Positions 25,323-35,891 are shown, counted from the first letter of the stretch. The stretch is DNA of 43,211 nucleotides from Candidatus Woesearchaeota archaeon (GCA_964343245.1 CAYFIU010000001.1:1-43211); one strand, 5' to 3'. Program-made: numbers and translations. Notes: a model not told the origin generated them from the letters alone.

Positions 25323-27146
25323 ATGAGTAAAATAATTGGTATTGATTTAGGTACAACTAATTCAGCAGTTGCTGTTCTAGAAGGTGGAAAGCCATCTATA
25401 ATCCCTTCAGCAGAAGGAGGTAGAACAGTTCCGAGCGTTGTAAGCATTAAAGGAGATGATATTATTGTAGGAGAAGTTGCAAAAAGACAAGCAGTTGCAA
25501 ATCCTAACCACACAATTAGAAGTATTAAAAGAATTATGGGAACAAAAGAAAAAGTTACAGTTGATGGTAAAGATTACACTCCAGAACAAGTTTCAGCAAT
25601 GGTCTTAAAAAAATTAAAGAAAGATGCAGAAGCTTACTTAGGTTCAAAAGTGACAAAGGCTGTAATCACAGTGCCAGCATATTTCAATGATGCACAAAGA
25701 CAAGCTACAAAAGATGCAGGCGAGATTGCAGGACTGGAAGTTGAAAGAATTATTAACGAACCAACTGCAGCATCACTAGCTTATGGGTTAGATAAAGGTG
25801 AATCACAAACAGTTCTAGTTTTCGACTTAGGTGGGGGAACATTTGATGTTTCAATATTAGAACTTGGTGATGGTGTTTTCGAAGTAAAATCAACATCAGG
25901 CGATAACAAACTAGGTGGAGATGATTGGGATGATAAGATTATTAATTATCTAGCTGATGAATTCAAAAAAGAAAATGGAATTGATCTAAGAGAAGATGCA
26001 GCTGCACACCAAAGATTAAAGGATGCAGCAGAAAAAGCAAAGATTGAACTGTCAACAGGAATGCAAACAAGCATCAACTTACCTTATGTAACAGCTGATG
26101 CATCAGGTCCAAAACACCTAGACATGACTTTGACAAGAGCAAAGTTCAATGATCTAACAAAAGATTTAGTTGAAAGAGTAATTGCACCTGTTAAAAATGC
26201 ATTAAAAGATGCAGACATGACTCCAAATGATCTAAACAAAGTTCTTTTGGTTGGTGGTTCAACAAGAATTCCTATTGTACAAGAAAAAGTAAAAGAATTG
26301 TTACAAAAAGATGGAGACAAAGGTATCAACCCTGACGAATGTGTAGCTTTAGGAGCATCTATTCAAGGTGGAGTGCTTGGTGGTGAAGTTAAAGATGTTT
26401 TATTGTTAGATGTGACCCCATTAACATTAGGTATTGAAACACTTGGTGGAGTAATGACACAGTTAATTGAAAGGAATACTACAATTCCATCTAAAAAGTC
26501 TCAAGTTTTTTCAACAGCAGCAGATAACCAACCTGCAGTAAACATTAATGTTTTGCAGGGTGAAAGGTCAATGGCTGCTGATAACACCTCCCTCGGTAGG
26601 TTCGATCTAATGGGGATACCTCCAGCACCAAGAGGAGTTCCTCAGATCGAAGTTACATTTGATATTGATGCAAATGGAATTGTAAATGTTTCAGCAAAAG
26701 ATCTTGGAACAGGTAAAGAACAAAAGATCACAGTAACTGGTGGTTCAGGTTTAAACAAAGAAGAGATTGAAAAGATGGTCAAGGATGCAGAAAAACATGC
26801 AGATGCTGACAAAAAGAAAAAAGAATCAATCGAAGTAAAGAACCAAGCAGATACAGTGATCAACACAACTGAAAAGATGTTGGATGAGCACAAAGACAAG
26901 GTTGACAAAGAAACAAAAGAAAAGATTGAAAAAGAGTTAAATGCTCTTAAAGAAACAGTTAAAACTGATGATACAGAAAAGATCAAGGCTCAATTGGACA
27001 AGTTAAACAAAGTTGCAATGGAGCTTGGTCAAAAAATGTATCAACAAGCTCAGCAAGAACAAGCAAAGCCTAAAGAAGAAAAGGCTGATGAAAAAGTTGT
27101 TGATGCAGAGTTTGAAGAAGAGAAAAAAGAAGAAAAGAAAGAGTAA
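25323..27146 (+). CDS. dnaK: Hsp70 chaperone DnaK
   Basis: '[10 protein letters not shown]', '[10 protein letters not shown]' and '[11 protein letters not shown]' signatures. 607 aa. Confidence 0.97.
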   Translation: MSKIIGIDLGTTNSAVAVLEGGKPSIIPSAEGGRTVPSVVSIKGDDIIVGEVAKRQAVANPNHTIRSIKRIMGTKEKVTVDGKDYTPEQVSAMVLKKLKKDAEAYLGSKVTKAVITVPAYFNDAQRQATKDAGEIAGLEVERIINEPTAASLAYGLDKGESQTVLVFDLGGGTFDVSILELGDGVFEVKSTSGDNKLGGDDWDDKIINYLADEFKKENGIDLREDAAAHQRLKDAAEKAKIELSTGMQTSINLPYVTADASGPKHLDMTLTRAKFNDLTKDLVERVIAPVKNALKDADMTPNDLNKVLLVGGSTRIPIVQEKVKELLQKDGDKGINPDECVALGASIQGGVLGGEVKDVLLLDVTPLTLGIETLGGVMTQLIERNTTIPSKKSQVFSTAADNQPAVNINVLQGERSMAADNTSLGRFDLMGIPPAPRGVPQIEVTFDIDANGIVNVSAKDLGTGKEQKITVTGGSGLNKEEIEKMVKDAEKHADADKKKKESIEVKNQADTVINTTEKMLDEHKDKVDKETKEKIEKELNALKETVKTDDTEKIKAQLDKLNKVAMELGQKMYQQAQQEQAKPKEEKADEKVVDAEFEEEKKEEKKE

Positions 27147-27171
27147 TCTTTCTTTCCTTTAACACCATACC

Positions 27172-28257
27172 ATGACAAAAGACTATTATGACACCTTAGG
27201 TGTAGATAAGAGTGCAAGCAAAGAAGAAATAAAAAAAGCGTACAAAAAGCTTGCAAAGAAGTATCATCCTGATTTGAATAAAGATAATCCTGAATCTGAA
27301 CAGAAGTTTAAAGAGGTTAATGAAGCTTATTCAGCTCTTTCTGATGATAATAAGAGAGCAAACTATGATAGGTTCGGAACAGCAGACGACCAAAGGCATG
27401 GTGGTTTTGGCCAGGGTGGTTTCCAAGGAGGCTTTGGTGGTTTCTCAGATATTTTTGAAGGTTTTTTTGACATGGGTGGTAGAAGAAGACAGAGAAGGGG
27501 TAGAGATTTGAAAGTTGAAGTTGAAATTTCTTTCATGGACGCCTGTTTTGGTAAAGAAAAAACAGTTTCAGTTACTAAATTAGATAAGTGTAATGTTTGT
27601 CATGGTAAGGGTGGGACAGGCACTAAAACCTGTTCCACCTGTAATGGTTCTGGTCAAGTAACAAAAGCATTCAGAACACCTTTTGGTTCTATACAACAAA
27701 GAGCAACATGTTCACACTGTCAGGGTATGGGCCAAACAGTAGAACATCCTTGTAAAGAATGTAATGGTTCTGGTAAAGAGAAAAAAAATAAAAAAGTTAA
27801 AGCTAAAATCCCAGCAGGTGTACACGATGGTACAACCTTAAGGTTAACTGGTGAAGGAGAGTATGACCAAGTACCAGGAGATTTATTCGTTGAAATCTTT
27901 GTAACACCTCACAAATACTTTGAAAGAAAAGGTGATGATATTTATTTGGAATATCCAGTAAGCTTTTCACAGGCAACACTTGGTGATAAAGTTGAAGTGC
28001 CAACAATCCATGGTGATGTTAAAATGAAAATCCCAGCAGGAACAGAATCTGGCACTATCATGAGATTAAAAGGCAAAGGTGTTGAAAACATTCAGGGCTA
28101 TGGCCAAGGTGATCAACATGTTAAGGTTCAGTTGAAAACACCTCAAAAACTTTCTAAAAAACAAAAAGATCTGTTTAAACAGTTAGCTAAGGAAAACAAA
28201 GAGAAACTTAAGATAGAAAAAGGTTTCTTTGAAAAATTAAAAGATAGTTTTTATTAG
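27172..28257 (+). CDS. dnaJ: Hsp40 co-chaperone DnaJ (type I)
   Basis: J-domain with 'KKYHPDLN', G/F-rich linker, four CxxCxGxG zinc-finger repeats. Confidence 0.95.
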   Translation: MTKDYYDTLGVDKSASKEEIKKAYKKLAKKYHPDLNKDNPESEQKFKEVNEAYSALSDDNKRANYDRFGTADDQRHGGFGQGGFQGGFGGFSDIFEGFFDMGGRRRQRRGRDLKVEVEISFMDACFGKEKTVSVTKLDKCNVCHGKGGTGTKTCSTCNGSGQVTKAFRTPFGSIQQRATCSHCQGMGQTVEHPCKECNGSGKEKKNKKVKAKIPAGVHDGTTLRLTGEGEYDQVPGDLFVEIFVTPHKYFERKGDDIYLEYPVSFSQATLGDKVEVPTIHGDVKMKIPAGTESGTIMRLKGKGVENIQGYGQGDQHVKVQLKTPQKLSKKQKDLFKQLAKENKEKLKIEKGFFEKLKDSFY

Positions 28258-28303
28258 TTGTCAGAATGAAATAAAGTTTTACAAAAAAGAAAAGAAAAAA
28301 AAT

Positions 28304-28642
28304 TTAGTTCCTTGCTAGAACAAATACAGATTTCAAAGCCACTACAATTGTTGCTGGTACAAATAACATTAACAAGTTATTCATTAGTGTGCCTAGATAC
28401 GCGATTGTACCTAAAACTTCACCACCAAAGTAACTAACCAAAACTAGGGTTAGACCAGCAAGCAAGAACGACTGTACTTCTTTATCAGCAATGTTCAATA
28501 GACCTATGATCAGTCCTAAAACCACTAGCAACCATGATACCCAGGTCATTGCTGGTACAAACATAAAAACTACTGCTAGTAGAACACCGATCAAAAAAGC
28601 CCAATGTCCAACCATTGCTTTACTTTTTGCCTTTTTTGCCAT
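28304..28642 (-). CDS. Small integral membrane protein (about 4 TM)
   Basis: 112 aa, hydrophobic. Strong SD GGAGGTGA lies 7 nt upstream of the ATG. Confidence 0.6.
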   Translation of the reverse strand: MAKKAKSKAMVGHWAFLIGVLLAVVFMFVPAMTWVSWLLVVLGLIIGLLNIADKEVQSFLLAGLTLVLVSYFGGEVLGTIAYLGTLMNNLLMLFVPATIVVALKSVFVLARN

Positions 28643-28775
28643 TTAGTATTCACCTCCTTTTAAGAGTATAATAGTTAAAACTCAAGGTATGCTCTTTTAA
28701 ATAGTTTTTGGTGAGGAGTTATCAATGCAGTAACCTTTAAAAACACAATCCAATTCTCATTACTTGTGATAGCGA

Positions 28776-30491
28776 ATGATCAGACAACCTTTAGTAGTAG
28801 TAATGGGAAACATCGATTCTGGGAAAACCAGGACACTAGATACTATTAGAAGGACTGCTGTTGTTGACTCAGAAGCAGGCGCAATCACACAAATGATCTC
28901 TTCTTCAGCAATTTCATTCAAAACAATTCAAAAAATTGCAGGAGATTTTCTAAAAAGTCAAAAAATCACAATTCCTGGTTTAATTTTCTTAGATACACCA
29001 GGCCATGCAGCATTTTCAAACATGAGAAAGAGGGGTGGAAACCTTGCAGACATTGCAATCTTAATAATTAACATTAATGAAGGTATTAAACCACAAACAA
29101 AAGAATGTATTGAAATATTAAAAAAATACAAAACACCTTTTTTAATTTCACTGAACAAGATTGACTTATTCCCTGGCTGGCAAAAAACAGATGAGAAAAC
29201 AATCCTTGGCATGATTGATAAACAGTCTGACAGCGTTAAACAAAAAATTGAAAGCAGGTTATATGAAATTGTTGGAGAACTTTACAAGTACGGTTTCCAA
29301 GCAGAAAGGTTTGACAGAGTTGATGATTATACAAAACAAATTGCAATGGTTCCAGTTTCAGGAAAGTTTGGTGAGGGTATTCCTGAACTCTTAGCAGTAC
29401 TTATTGGCATAGCACAAAAGTTTTTAGAAAAAGAGTTAGACATTAATGCAGACGCACTAGGTAAAGGAACAGTTCTAGAAGTTAAAGATGAAAAAGGTGT
29501 GGGTGTTGCGCTGGATACAATTGTTTACGAAGGCAAGGTTAAAGTTAATGACACAATTGTTGTTGGAGGATTACATGAACCAGTTGTAACAAAGATTAGA
29601 GGGTTGTTCTTACCAGATGAAAAAGGTAAATACAAAGCAGTAAAAGAAGTAGTTGGTGCAGCAGGAGTAAAAATAGTAGCACCTGGAATCAAAGAAGTTG
29701 TATCAGGTATGCCTTTGTATGTTGAAAACAAGGATGTAGAGCAAGCAAAAGAAAAGATCATGGAAGAGGTTGAAGAGGTTGTGATTGAAACAGAGAAAGA
29801 GGGTGTCATAGTTAAAGCAGATTCACTGGGTTCATTAGAAGCAGCAGTTGGCCTTTTACAAGAAAAAGAAATCCCTATCAAAAAAGCATCAGTTGGTAAC
29901 ATCACAAAAAAAGATGTTGCAGATGCAGAATCAAACAAAGATGAATTAAACAGAGTTATCATGTGTTTTAACACAGGTGGTGAAGCTCCAGAATCAATGA
30001 AAGTTCTAAAAAGTCCAGTTATTTATCAATTAATTGAACAATTAGAGAAGTTTAGGTTTGAAAAGAAAAGAGAAATTGAAGCAAGAGCTTTGAAAGATAC
30101 TGCACAGCCAGCAAAAGTTAAAGTTATTCGTGGTTGCATGTTCAGGCAAAGTAACCCTTGCGTAGTTGGTGTAGAAGTGATAAAAGGTACACTTACATCT
30201 GACACTGAACTGATTAAAATGGATGGTTCAAAAGTGGGCCATGTTAAAACTGTTGAACTTGAGAAGGAATCAGTTAAAAAAGCTGAGAAAGGAAAGCAGG
30301 TTGCAATTTCGTTGCCAGGAGTCACTGGTGGCAGACAGATTAACGAAGAAGATATTTTGTTAGTCGATATTAATGAAAATGAGTTCAGGACAATGAAAAG
30401 GTTAAAAAAACTTTTAACACCTGACCAAATCGAACTTCTAAAAGAAATAGCTGAGATTAAAAGAAAAGAAAATGCTCTTTGGGGCGTTTAG
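28776..30491 (+). CDS. infB: Translation initiation factor aIF5B (IF2 homologue)
   Basis: GTPase motifs 'GNIDSGKT' (variant of GHVDHGKT), 'DTPGH' and 'NKID', followed by the beta-barrel and C-terminal domains. 571 aa. Confidence 0.9.
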   Translation: MIRQPLVVVMGNIDSGKTRTLDTIRRTAVVDSEAGAITQMISSSAISFKTIQKIAGDFLKSQKITIPGLIFLDTPGHAAFSNMRKRGGNLADIAILIININEGIKPQTKECIEILKKYKTPFLISLNKIDLFPGWQKTDEKTILGMIDKQSDSVKQKIESRLYEIVGELYKYGFQAERFDRVDDYTKQIAMVPVSGKFGEGIPELLAVLIGIAQKFLEKELDINADALGKGTVLEVKDEKGVGVALDTIVYEGKVKVNDTIVVGGLHEPVVTKIRGLFLPDEKGKYKAVKEVVGAAGVKIVAPGIKEVVSGMPLYVENKDVEQAKEKIMEEVEEVVIETEKEGVIVKADSLGSLEAAVGLLQEKEIPIKKASVGNITKKDVADAESNKDELNRVIMCFNTGGEAPESMKVLKSPVIYQLIEQLEKFRFEKKREIEARALKDTAQPAKVKVIRGCMFRQSNPCVVGVEVIKGTLTSDTELIKMDGSKVGHVKTVELEKESVKKAEKGKQVAISLPGVTGGRQINEEDILLVDINENEFRTMKRLKKLLTPDQIELLKEIAEIKRKENALWGV

Positions 30492-30847
30492 TCCTTTGGT
30501 TTATAACTTTCAATAGCTCCAAAAAGCGCTCTACGAAAAGAATCTATCTCTTGTAGAGGATTTAAGTTGTGGTCATAAGTAAGTTCTTCAGCAAAGCCAT
30601 ATCCAATTACTCCCCCTAAATGCTGTGCTTGAATTGCACCAGCCAAACCATTTCCAGTAGGAACAACAATTACATCATATTCCAATTCCATCAAATGATC
30701 AGCAACTTCTTGTTCTCTATCACTGCCACCACTAAATAAGGCTTCAACAGTTGCTTCAGCAAATTTTCGTCTAACTGAAAGTTCAAGAGTTTTTGGTAAA
30801 GGTACACTATTCCCATCATCAATCATTAATATTCTAAAACCTGACAT
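30488..30847 (-). CDS. Hypothetical protein
   Basis: 119 aa from ATG (MSGFRILMIDDGNS...). This ATG, not the track's TTG, is 27 nt from TATA gtctttataagtt. No confident motif. Confidence 0.45.
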   Translation of the reverse strand: MSGFRILMIDDGNSVPLPKTLELSVRRKFAEATVEALFSGGSDREQEVADHLMELEYDVIVVPTGNGLAGAIQAQHLGGVIGYGFAEELTYDHNLNPLQEIDSFRRALFGAIESYKPKD

Positions 30848-30883
30848 AAAAGATAGAAACAAATAAAGTCTTTATAAGTTTTA

Positions 30884-31054
30884 TTAAAAACTCTTCTTAT
30901 ACTTACTCAACATACCACCAAAGCCTCTATATGGCGGCCTATCAGATCTCCTAAGCAGCCTTTCTTGATAAGCAGGAGTCACACCACTAGTATCCCTTAA
31001 CCAAGCTCTCCTGTCCCTAGCAACTAGACCATCTAAAAACTTATTACTTATCAT
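30884..31054 (-). CDS. Small basic hypothetical protein
   Basis: 56 aa from Met6 of the track ORF. TATA ccttataaacc (31081-31091) is placed about 27-30 nt upstream. Confidence 0.3.
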   Translation of the reverse strand: MISNKFLDGLVARDRRAWLRDTSGVTPAYQERLLRRSDRPPYRGFGGMLSKYKKSF

Positions 31055-31113
31055 TTCCAAAAAAATCACAAAATCAGAACCTTATAAACCTTTCCCAAAT
31101 CGACCTACAAAAC

Positions 31114-31122
31114 CTTTATAAA
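31114..31122 (+). promoter_or_regulatory. TATA box for S6e (leaderless)
   Basis: ctttataaa is centred exactly 27 nt upstream of ATG 31145. Confidence 0.55.
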
Positions 31123-31144
31123 CCCTAAAATTTCCCTTAAACTC

Positions 31145-31543
31145 ATGGCAGAGACAAAGTTTGTAATAAACGACACTAAGTCTGGAAAGAGCTATCAAAA
31201 AGCCTTAGAGGACAGTACTCTAGAAGGCAAAAAGGTAGGCGAAAAAGTGTCAGGAGACTTTCTTGGATTAGAAGGATATGAACTTCAGGTTACTGGAGGC
31301 AGTGATTTAGCAGGATTTCCAATGAGGAAAGAGATTGATGGCACTGGAAGAAAAAAAGGTCTTTTCAGTGGCGGTGTCGGAGTAAAGATTAAGAGAGATG
31401 GCATGCGAAGAAGAAAGACAGTTTGCAAAAATACAATCTCTGCTGATATTGTTCAAGTGAATTTGAAAGTAGTTAAAGAAGGATCAAAAAAACTTGAAGA
31501 AGTCTTCCCAAAAAAGGAAGAAGAGCAACCTAAAGCTGAATAA
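31145..31543 (+). CDS. rps6e: Ribosomal protein S6e
   Basis: 'ELQVTGGSDLAGFPMRKEIDGTGRKK....GVG' is the S6e signature. Confidence 0.9.
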   Translation: MAETKFVINDTKSGKSYQKALEDSTLEGKKVGEKVSGDFLGLEGYELQVTGGSDLAGFPMRKEIDGTGRKKGLFSGGVGVKIKRDGMRRRKTVCKNTISADIVQVNLKVVKEGSKKLEEVFPKKEEEQPKAE

Positions 31544-31559
31544 GCAGAAGGTAAAAACA

Positions 31560-31862
31560 ATGAAAACCTATAACTACAAGAGTGTTCTAATAGCAAGGAA
31601 GAAAAGAACAAACCCAGAAGACTTTGACCATAGACCATGTTTTCTAAGCTTTTTTGGAAGTAATGACCCACACCTAAATGCAGAGGGCCCAAAAGAAGTT
31701 TTAGAATTTGACAGAAAACATAAAGTAATGATCAATGGTTTGGATGTAAACTATTTGTTGCCAGGTAATGACATTGTGATTAATGACTTAGAGGAATTGC
31801 ATGTAGCCGAAAAAGACAACATTGTGCATGTGACTGGAAAACAGGTGAGATCACAAGAATAA
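31560..31862 (+). CDS. Hypothetical protein between S6e and aIF2-gamma
   Basis: 100 aa from ATG 31560 (the upstream part of the track ORF overlaps S6e). An SD-like GAAGGT lies 10 nt upstream. No motif recognised. Confidence 0.4.
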   Translation: MKTYNYKSVLIARKKRTNPEDFDHRPCFLSFFGSNDPHLNAEGPKEVLEFDRKHKVMINGLDVNYLLPGNDIVINDLEELHVAEKDNIVHVTGKQVRSQE

Positions 31863-31913
31863 ACAACAAAGAAGTACAGTTCTGATTTACATAGGCTAGA
31901 CCTCCCTCAAAAA

Positions 31914-31922
31914 CTTTATAAA
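31914..31922 (+). promoter_or_regulatory. TATA box for aIF2-gamma (leaderless)
   Basis: ctttataaa is centred exactly 27 nt upstream of ATG 31945, the same box and spacing as S6e. Confidence 0.55.
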
Positions 31923-31944
31923 GACCCCTTAATTCTAACCATTT

Positions 31945-33162
31945 ATGTCTAAACAACCTGAGATAAACATTGGATTAGTTGGTCACGTTGATCATGGTAA
32001 AACAACATTAGTGTCCAGACTAACAGGAAAGTGGACAGATACACATTCTGAAGAACAAAAGAAAGGTATCACTATTAGGTTAGGCTATGCAAATGCGACT
32101 TTTTACAAGTGTGAAAAGTGTGATTACTATGGCCCAAAAGACAAATGTCCAAAATGCAAAGCAAAAACAAAAGAAATCAAAACAGTTTCATTTGTTGACG
32201 CGCCAGGTCACGAAACTTTGATGGCAACAATGCTTTCAGGTTCAGCAATAATGGATGCAGCACTTTTAATGGTTGCAGCAGATGAAAAATGTCCACAACC
32301 ACAAACAAAAGAGCATTTGATGGCTTTACAAATTGCAGACATAAAAAATATAATCATTGTACAGAACAAAATAGATCTTGTTTCAACAGAAGATGCAATG
32401 AAAAATTATAACCAAATTAAAAACTTTACAAAAGGAACTATTGCAGAAAATGCACCTATACTTCCTGTTTCAGCACAACTTGACGTTAACATTGATCTAC
32501 TAATAAAAGCAATTTATGAAAACTTCAAAGCACCAAAGAGGAACTTGAAAAAAGATCCAATCATGTTTATAGCAAGAAGCTTTGACATTAACAAACCTGG
32601 TGCAACATACAAAAATGTTGTAGGTGGAGTTCTTGGTGGAGCTTTAACTCAAGGTCAACTAAAAATTGGAGATAAAGTAGAAATCAAACCTGGAAGGAAA
32701 GTAGAGAAAGAAGGTAAAACTTTATGGGAACCTATTCAAACAGAGATAACAGGCATAAAATCTGACAGAGACACATTAAAAGAAGCAGTCCCTGGAGGTA
32801 GCATAGCCTTACTAACAAAATTAGACCCTTCAATGGCAAAATCAGATTCTTTAACAGGAAGTTTAGTTGGACACCCTGATAAACTCCCACCATCACACTA
32901 TGAAATGGAACTTGTACCCCACTTACTTGAAAGGGTAGTTGGAAGCGACAAAGAATTAGAAGTTGAACCTATTAAAAAAGGTGAAAACCTGATGCTTAAT
33001 GTTAACGCATCAACAACAGTTGGTTTAGTAACAGATATTAGAAAGAATTCTTTCAAAGCAAAATTAAAAATCCCTATCTGCGCAGACAAAGGCGATAAGA
33101 TAACAATCTCAAGGCTTGTCGGGCACAGATTTAGATTGATTGGTTACTGTTCTTTAAAATAA
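31945..33162 (+). CDS. Translation initiation factor aIF2 gamma subunit
   Basis: 'NIGLVGHVDHGKTTL', 'DAPGHE' and 'QNKIDL', plus the zinc knuckle CEKCDYYGPKDKCPKCK. 405 aa. Confidence 0.95.
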   Translation: MSKQPEINIGLVGHVDHGKTTLVSRLTGKWTDTHSEEQKKGITIRLGYANATFYKCEKCDYYGPKDKCPKCKAKTKEIKTVSFVDAPGHETLMATMLSGSAIMDAALLMVAADEKCPQPQTKEHLMALQIADIKNIIIVQNKIDLVSTEDAMKNYNQIKNFTKGTIAENAPILPVSAQLDVNIDLLIKAIYENFKAPKRNLKKDPIMFIARSFDINKPGATYKNVVGGVLGGALTQGQLKIGDKVEIKPGRKVEKEGKTLWEPIQTEITGIKSDRDTLKEAVPGGSIALLTKLDPSMAKSDSLTGSLVGHPDKLPPSHYEMELVPHLLERVVGSDKELEVEPIKKGENLMLNVNASTTVGLVTDIRKNSFKAKLKIPICADKGDKITISRLVGHRFRLIGYCSLK

Positions 33163-33174
33163 ACAAAAGGTTTA

Positions 33175-33200
33175 TATACTAAGGTATACTAAGGCATACT
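33175..33200 (+). repeat. 2.6 tandem copies of a 10-nt unit (TATACTAAGG) between the TATA box and the antitoxin start; candidate operator
   Basis: tatactaagg (33175-33184), tatactaagg (33185-33194), catact (33195-33200). It directly follows TATA ggtttatata and directly precedes ATG 33202. Confidence 0.5.
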
Positions 33201-33201
33201 C

Positions 33202-33441
33202 ATGGAAACTACAACTCTCAAAATTCATTTTGATACAAAGCGTAATCTTGATCTTTTCAGAGAATATAAGAATGAAAGCTATGATGAAGTAATCAAAAAA
33301 TTATTGTATATTGTGAACACTTGTAAAACTCAGCCTAAATTAAGTATAAATACCATACATGAAATTGAAAAAGCAAGGCTAAGAATGAAGAAAGGACATT
33401 TTTTAACTGAAGAAGAGGCAAAAAAGAGACTAAGGCTCTAG
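33202..33441 (+). CDS. Putative antitoxin of a RelE/ParE-type TA pair
   Basis: 79 aa, immediately upstream of and overlapping the toxin frame. C-terminal helical acidic/basic tail. Assignment is by position. Confidence 0.5.
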   Translation: METTTLKIHFDTKRNLDLFREYKNESYDEVIKKLLYIVNTCKTQPKLSINTIHEIEKARLRMKKGHFLTEEEAKKRLRL

Positions 33442-33695
33442 CTTATACAATTCACTTTGATGAAAATTCAATCAATTTTCTGAATAAACTTTCAAATAAT
33501 TTGAAAAAAAGAATTTATAAAAAAATAATTTCAACAAAAGAGAACCCACATCATTACTTTTTAAGATTAGAAGGCAGGTCTGATTATAAGTTAAGGGTTG
33601 GAGAATATAGAGTTATAGCAGAATTATCAGAAGAAAACTTGTTGATAGAAATAACTTTGATAGGGCATAGAAAAAATATATATAAGAAAATTTAA
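33441..33695 (+). CDS. RelE/ParE-family toxin, no canonical start codon at the expected N-terminus
   Basis: 'AYTIHFDENSINFLNKL...LKKRIYKKI...NP......L.G...YKLRVGEYRVIAEL.EENLLIEITLIGHRKNIYK' follows the RelE/ParE pattern. The frame is open from 33411, but the first ATG/GTG/TTG is TTG 33501. Confidence 0.65.
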   Translation, partial: AYTIHFDENSINFLNKLSNNLKKRIYKKIISTKENPHHYFLRLEGRSDYKLRVGEYRVIAELSEENLLIEITLIGHRKNIYKKI

Positions 33696-34396
33696 TAATT
33701 ATTCTTCAAATAATTATATTGGTCAACATTGGAAACAGGGAACCATCTTTTATCCTTACCAATGATATAACCTCTAACATTAGAATGCTCAACTAAAAAA
33801 GCTACAAAATCACCTAACCTTTCTTTCTCAAATTTGTCTAACAACGCAAGATCCTCTTTCTTAAGAATATAACATGCAGTTGAAGCTAAACTAGACTTTG
33901 GTTCCTCAGGCTTCTCATCAAATTCAACAACTTTATCACCATTTAGTACAACACACCCTACTCTACAAGCAATCAAATTTTTGTCTTCATAATCACATAC
34001 AGCAACAATACTACTCCCATTTTCCTTAAAAAAATCTCTAAAGTTTCTCAAAGAAAAGTCATACAAATGCTCGCCAGCTAAAACCATTAAATTTTCTTTT
34101 ATTCCTAATTTGTTAACTACAAATTTTAACTCATTAATAGAACCTCTTCGACCTTCAATACCATTACTAACAATCTCAACATCAAATCCACTATCTTCTT
34201 TCCACTGTAAATAATCTTTGTAGAACTTTTCATTGGTATGAATGTAAATCTTTTCAATGTTAGGCACTTTTTGAATTTTTTCAACAGTGTGACTAATCAA
34301 TGGCTTTCCATTTATCAACAACAAACCCTTATGTTTATTCTTGGTTAATGGATATAGAGATCTACTTAACCCTGCTGCCAATACAATCGCCTTCAT
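33692..34396 (-). CDS. Sugar-1-phosphate nucleotidyltransferase
   Basis: 'MKAIVLAAGLSRSLYPLTKNKHKGLLLINGKPLI' is the N-terminal NTP-transferase signature. 234 aa. Confidence 0.8.
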   Translation of the reverse strand: MKAIVLAAGLSRSLYPLTKNKHKGLLLINGKPLISHTVEKIQKVPNIEKIYIHTNEKFYKDYLQWKEDSGFDVEIVSNGIEGRRGSINELKFVVNKLGIKENLMVLAGEHLYDFSLRNFRDFFKENGSSIVAVCDYEDKNLIACRVGCVVLNGDKVVEFDEKPEEPKSSLASTACYILKKEDLALLDKFEKERLGDFVAFLVEHSNVRGYIIGKDKRWFPVSNVDQYNYLKNNY

Positions 34397-34450
34397 GTTC
34401 CAAGAATTAGTTTTTTTTCAATATATAAATCTTATGAATCAAAATCTTCA

Positions 34451-34744
34451 CTAAACATCAAACGGGACACCATTCTTTTTCAAGTTTGCAATCATTTCTT
34501 TATTCGCTTGGGTATCAACACCCTCTTCAATATGTCGTTCTCTAAACTCTTGCAACTTCAATTTGATACCATAAGGACAAACTCTTTCACAGTTGCCACA
34601 AAGAACACAAAAGTAAAACACTCTATCATAAACTTCTTTCTTTTGCATAATAGCATACCCTCTAGGAGAAACACTTTCCCTTCGCAATATCTTAAATGCA
34701 GGACAAACTTCTTTACACAATCCACACTCATTACACTTATTCAT
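34451..34744 (-). CDS. 2x[4Fe-4S]-type ferredoxin-like protein (GlcF N-terminal-domain-like)
   Basis: 'CNECGLCKEVCP' and 'CVLCGNCERVCP'. 8-nt overlap with the upstream FAD oxidase gene. Confidence 0.75.
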   Translation of the reverse strand: MNKCNECGLCKEVCPAFKILRRESVSPRGYAIMQKKEVYDRVFYFCVLCGNCERVCPYGIKLKLQEFRERHIEEGVDTQANKEMIANLKKNGVPFDV

Positions 34745-35891
34745 GCACCTTACCTCTATTCAATATTTCTTTAGGATTATACTGGTCTTTCAAGATTTTA
34801 TACTTCACCTTTTTCTCACCCTGCAAAAACTTTTTCCTTTTCAAACCATAACCATACTCAACAGCACTATCTCCCTTTAAAGTCATTACAAGCTCGTGCA
34901 TCTCTTGCGGCAACTTTGAGAACTCTTTAAAACAAGGAAACACAGTTTCATGGCAAAGGTTTCCAAACACAGGAACATCCTTTTTTCTTAACCAATGCAA
35001 AAAACCAGCCATTTTGTCAGGATTAATCCTTACATCTTCAAACTGGCCATACCTTTCCTTTTTCAGTTTATGGTACAAGGATTCTTTCATACCAACAATG
35101 CTTTGTACCTCTTCAGGAGTTTTCATAACACCAATATCACCTTCAAACTCAACAACCATATGATTTTGTGCATCTAAACCTAACATTGTAGACGAGAGTT
35201 CATCAAAGAACTGAATCGACTTAACCTCACTTTTAGCTCTAAACTTTTCAACTCTCTCCATCATAGAACTTAAAGTAACAAACTTGTAAATAGAAAATGA
35301 TCTAAACTTTTTTATTGGAACAGTTTTCAAATGAATCTTTGTAATGATTCCAGTTGTACCTTCAAGACCAATAAAGTTCTTAACAGTTGGATGTCCAAGC
35401 TTCAAATACTTGCCAGTGCCATCAACAACTTCCATTTTTTCAATATAATCACCAATCCTACCATCACTTGCATCAGTGCTAAGACAATTCATTGCAACCA
35501 TCCCACCTATGGTACACACTTTGTAGTTAACAACATTAACAGGAACTCTTTTATCGCCAAGCAAAGCATTAACTTCATCTAGCACAGCACCAGCTTCAAC
35601 AACAACATAATCATCACCAATCTCTAGAACTTTATTCATCTTAGACATGTCAACAACAACAGACTTTACAGGAACACAATTTCCTTGCATGTTAGTACCA
35701 GCACCACGAATAACTAAATTATAATCATGCCTTTTAGAATAATTAACAAGTTCATGCAACTGTTTTGATGTCTTTGGCCAGACAATAGCAAGTGCTTCAC
35801 CCTCCAAATCACTAGCGTCCCGAGAATAAACTAATTTGTCAACATCACTATCAGAATACGATGCAGGTCCAAATATATCTCGCAATGTCAT
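34737..35891 (-). CDS. FAD-linked oxidase (GlcD / D-lactate dehydrogenase-like)
   Basis: FAD_binding_4-type N-terminal region: 'VWPKTSKQLHELV.YSKRHDYNLVIRGAGTN..G'. 384 aa. Confidence 0.75.
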   Translation of the reverse strand: MTLRDIFGPASYSDSDVDKLVYSRDASDLEGEALAIVWPKTSKQLHELVNYSKRHDYNLVIRGAGTNMQGNCVPVKSVVVDMSKMNKVLEIGDDYVVVEAGAVLDEVNALLGDKRVPVNVVNYKVCTIGGMVAMNCLSTDASDGRIGDYIEKMEVVDGTGKYLKLGHPTVKNFIGLEGTTGIITKIHLKTVPIKKFRSFSIYKFVTLSSMMERVEKFRAKSEVKSIQFFDELSSTMLGLDAQNHMVVEFEGDIGVMKTPEEVQSIVGMKESLYHKLKKERYGQFEDVRINPDKMAGFLHWLRKKDVPVFGNLCHETVFPCFKEFSKLPQEMHELVMTLKGDSAVEYGYGLKRKKFLQGEKKVKYKILKDQYNPKEILNRGKVHE

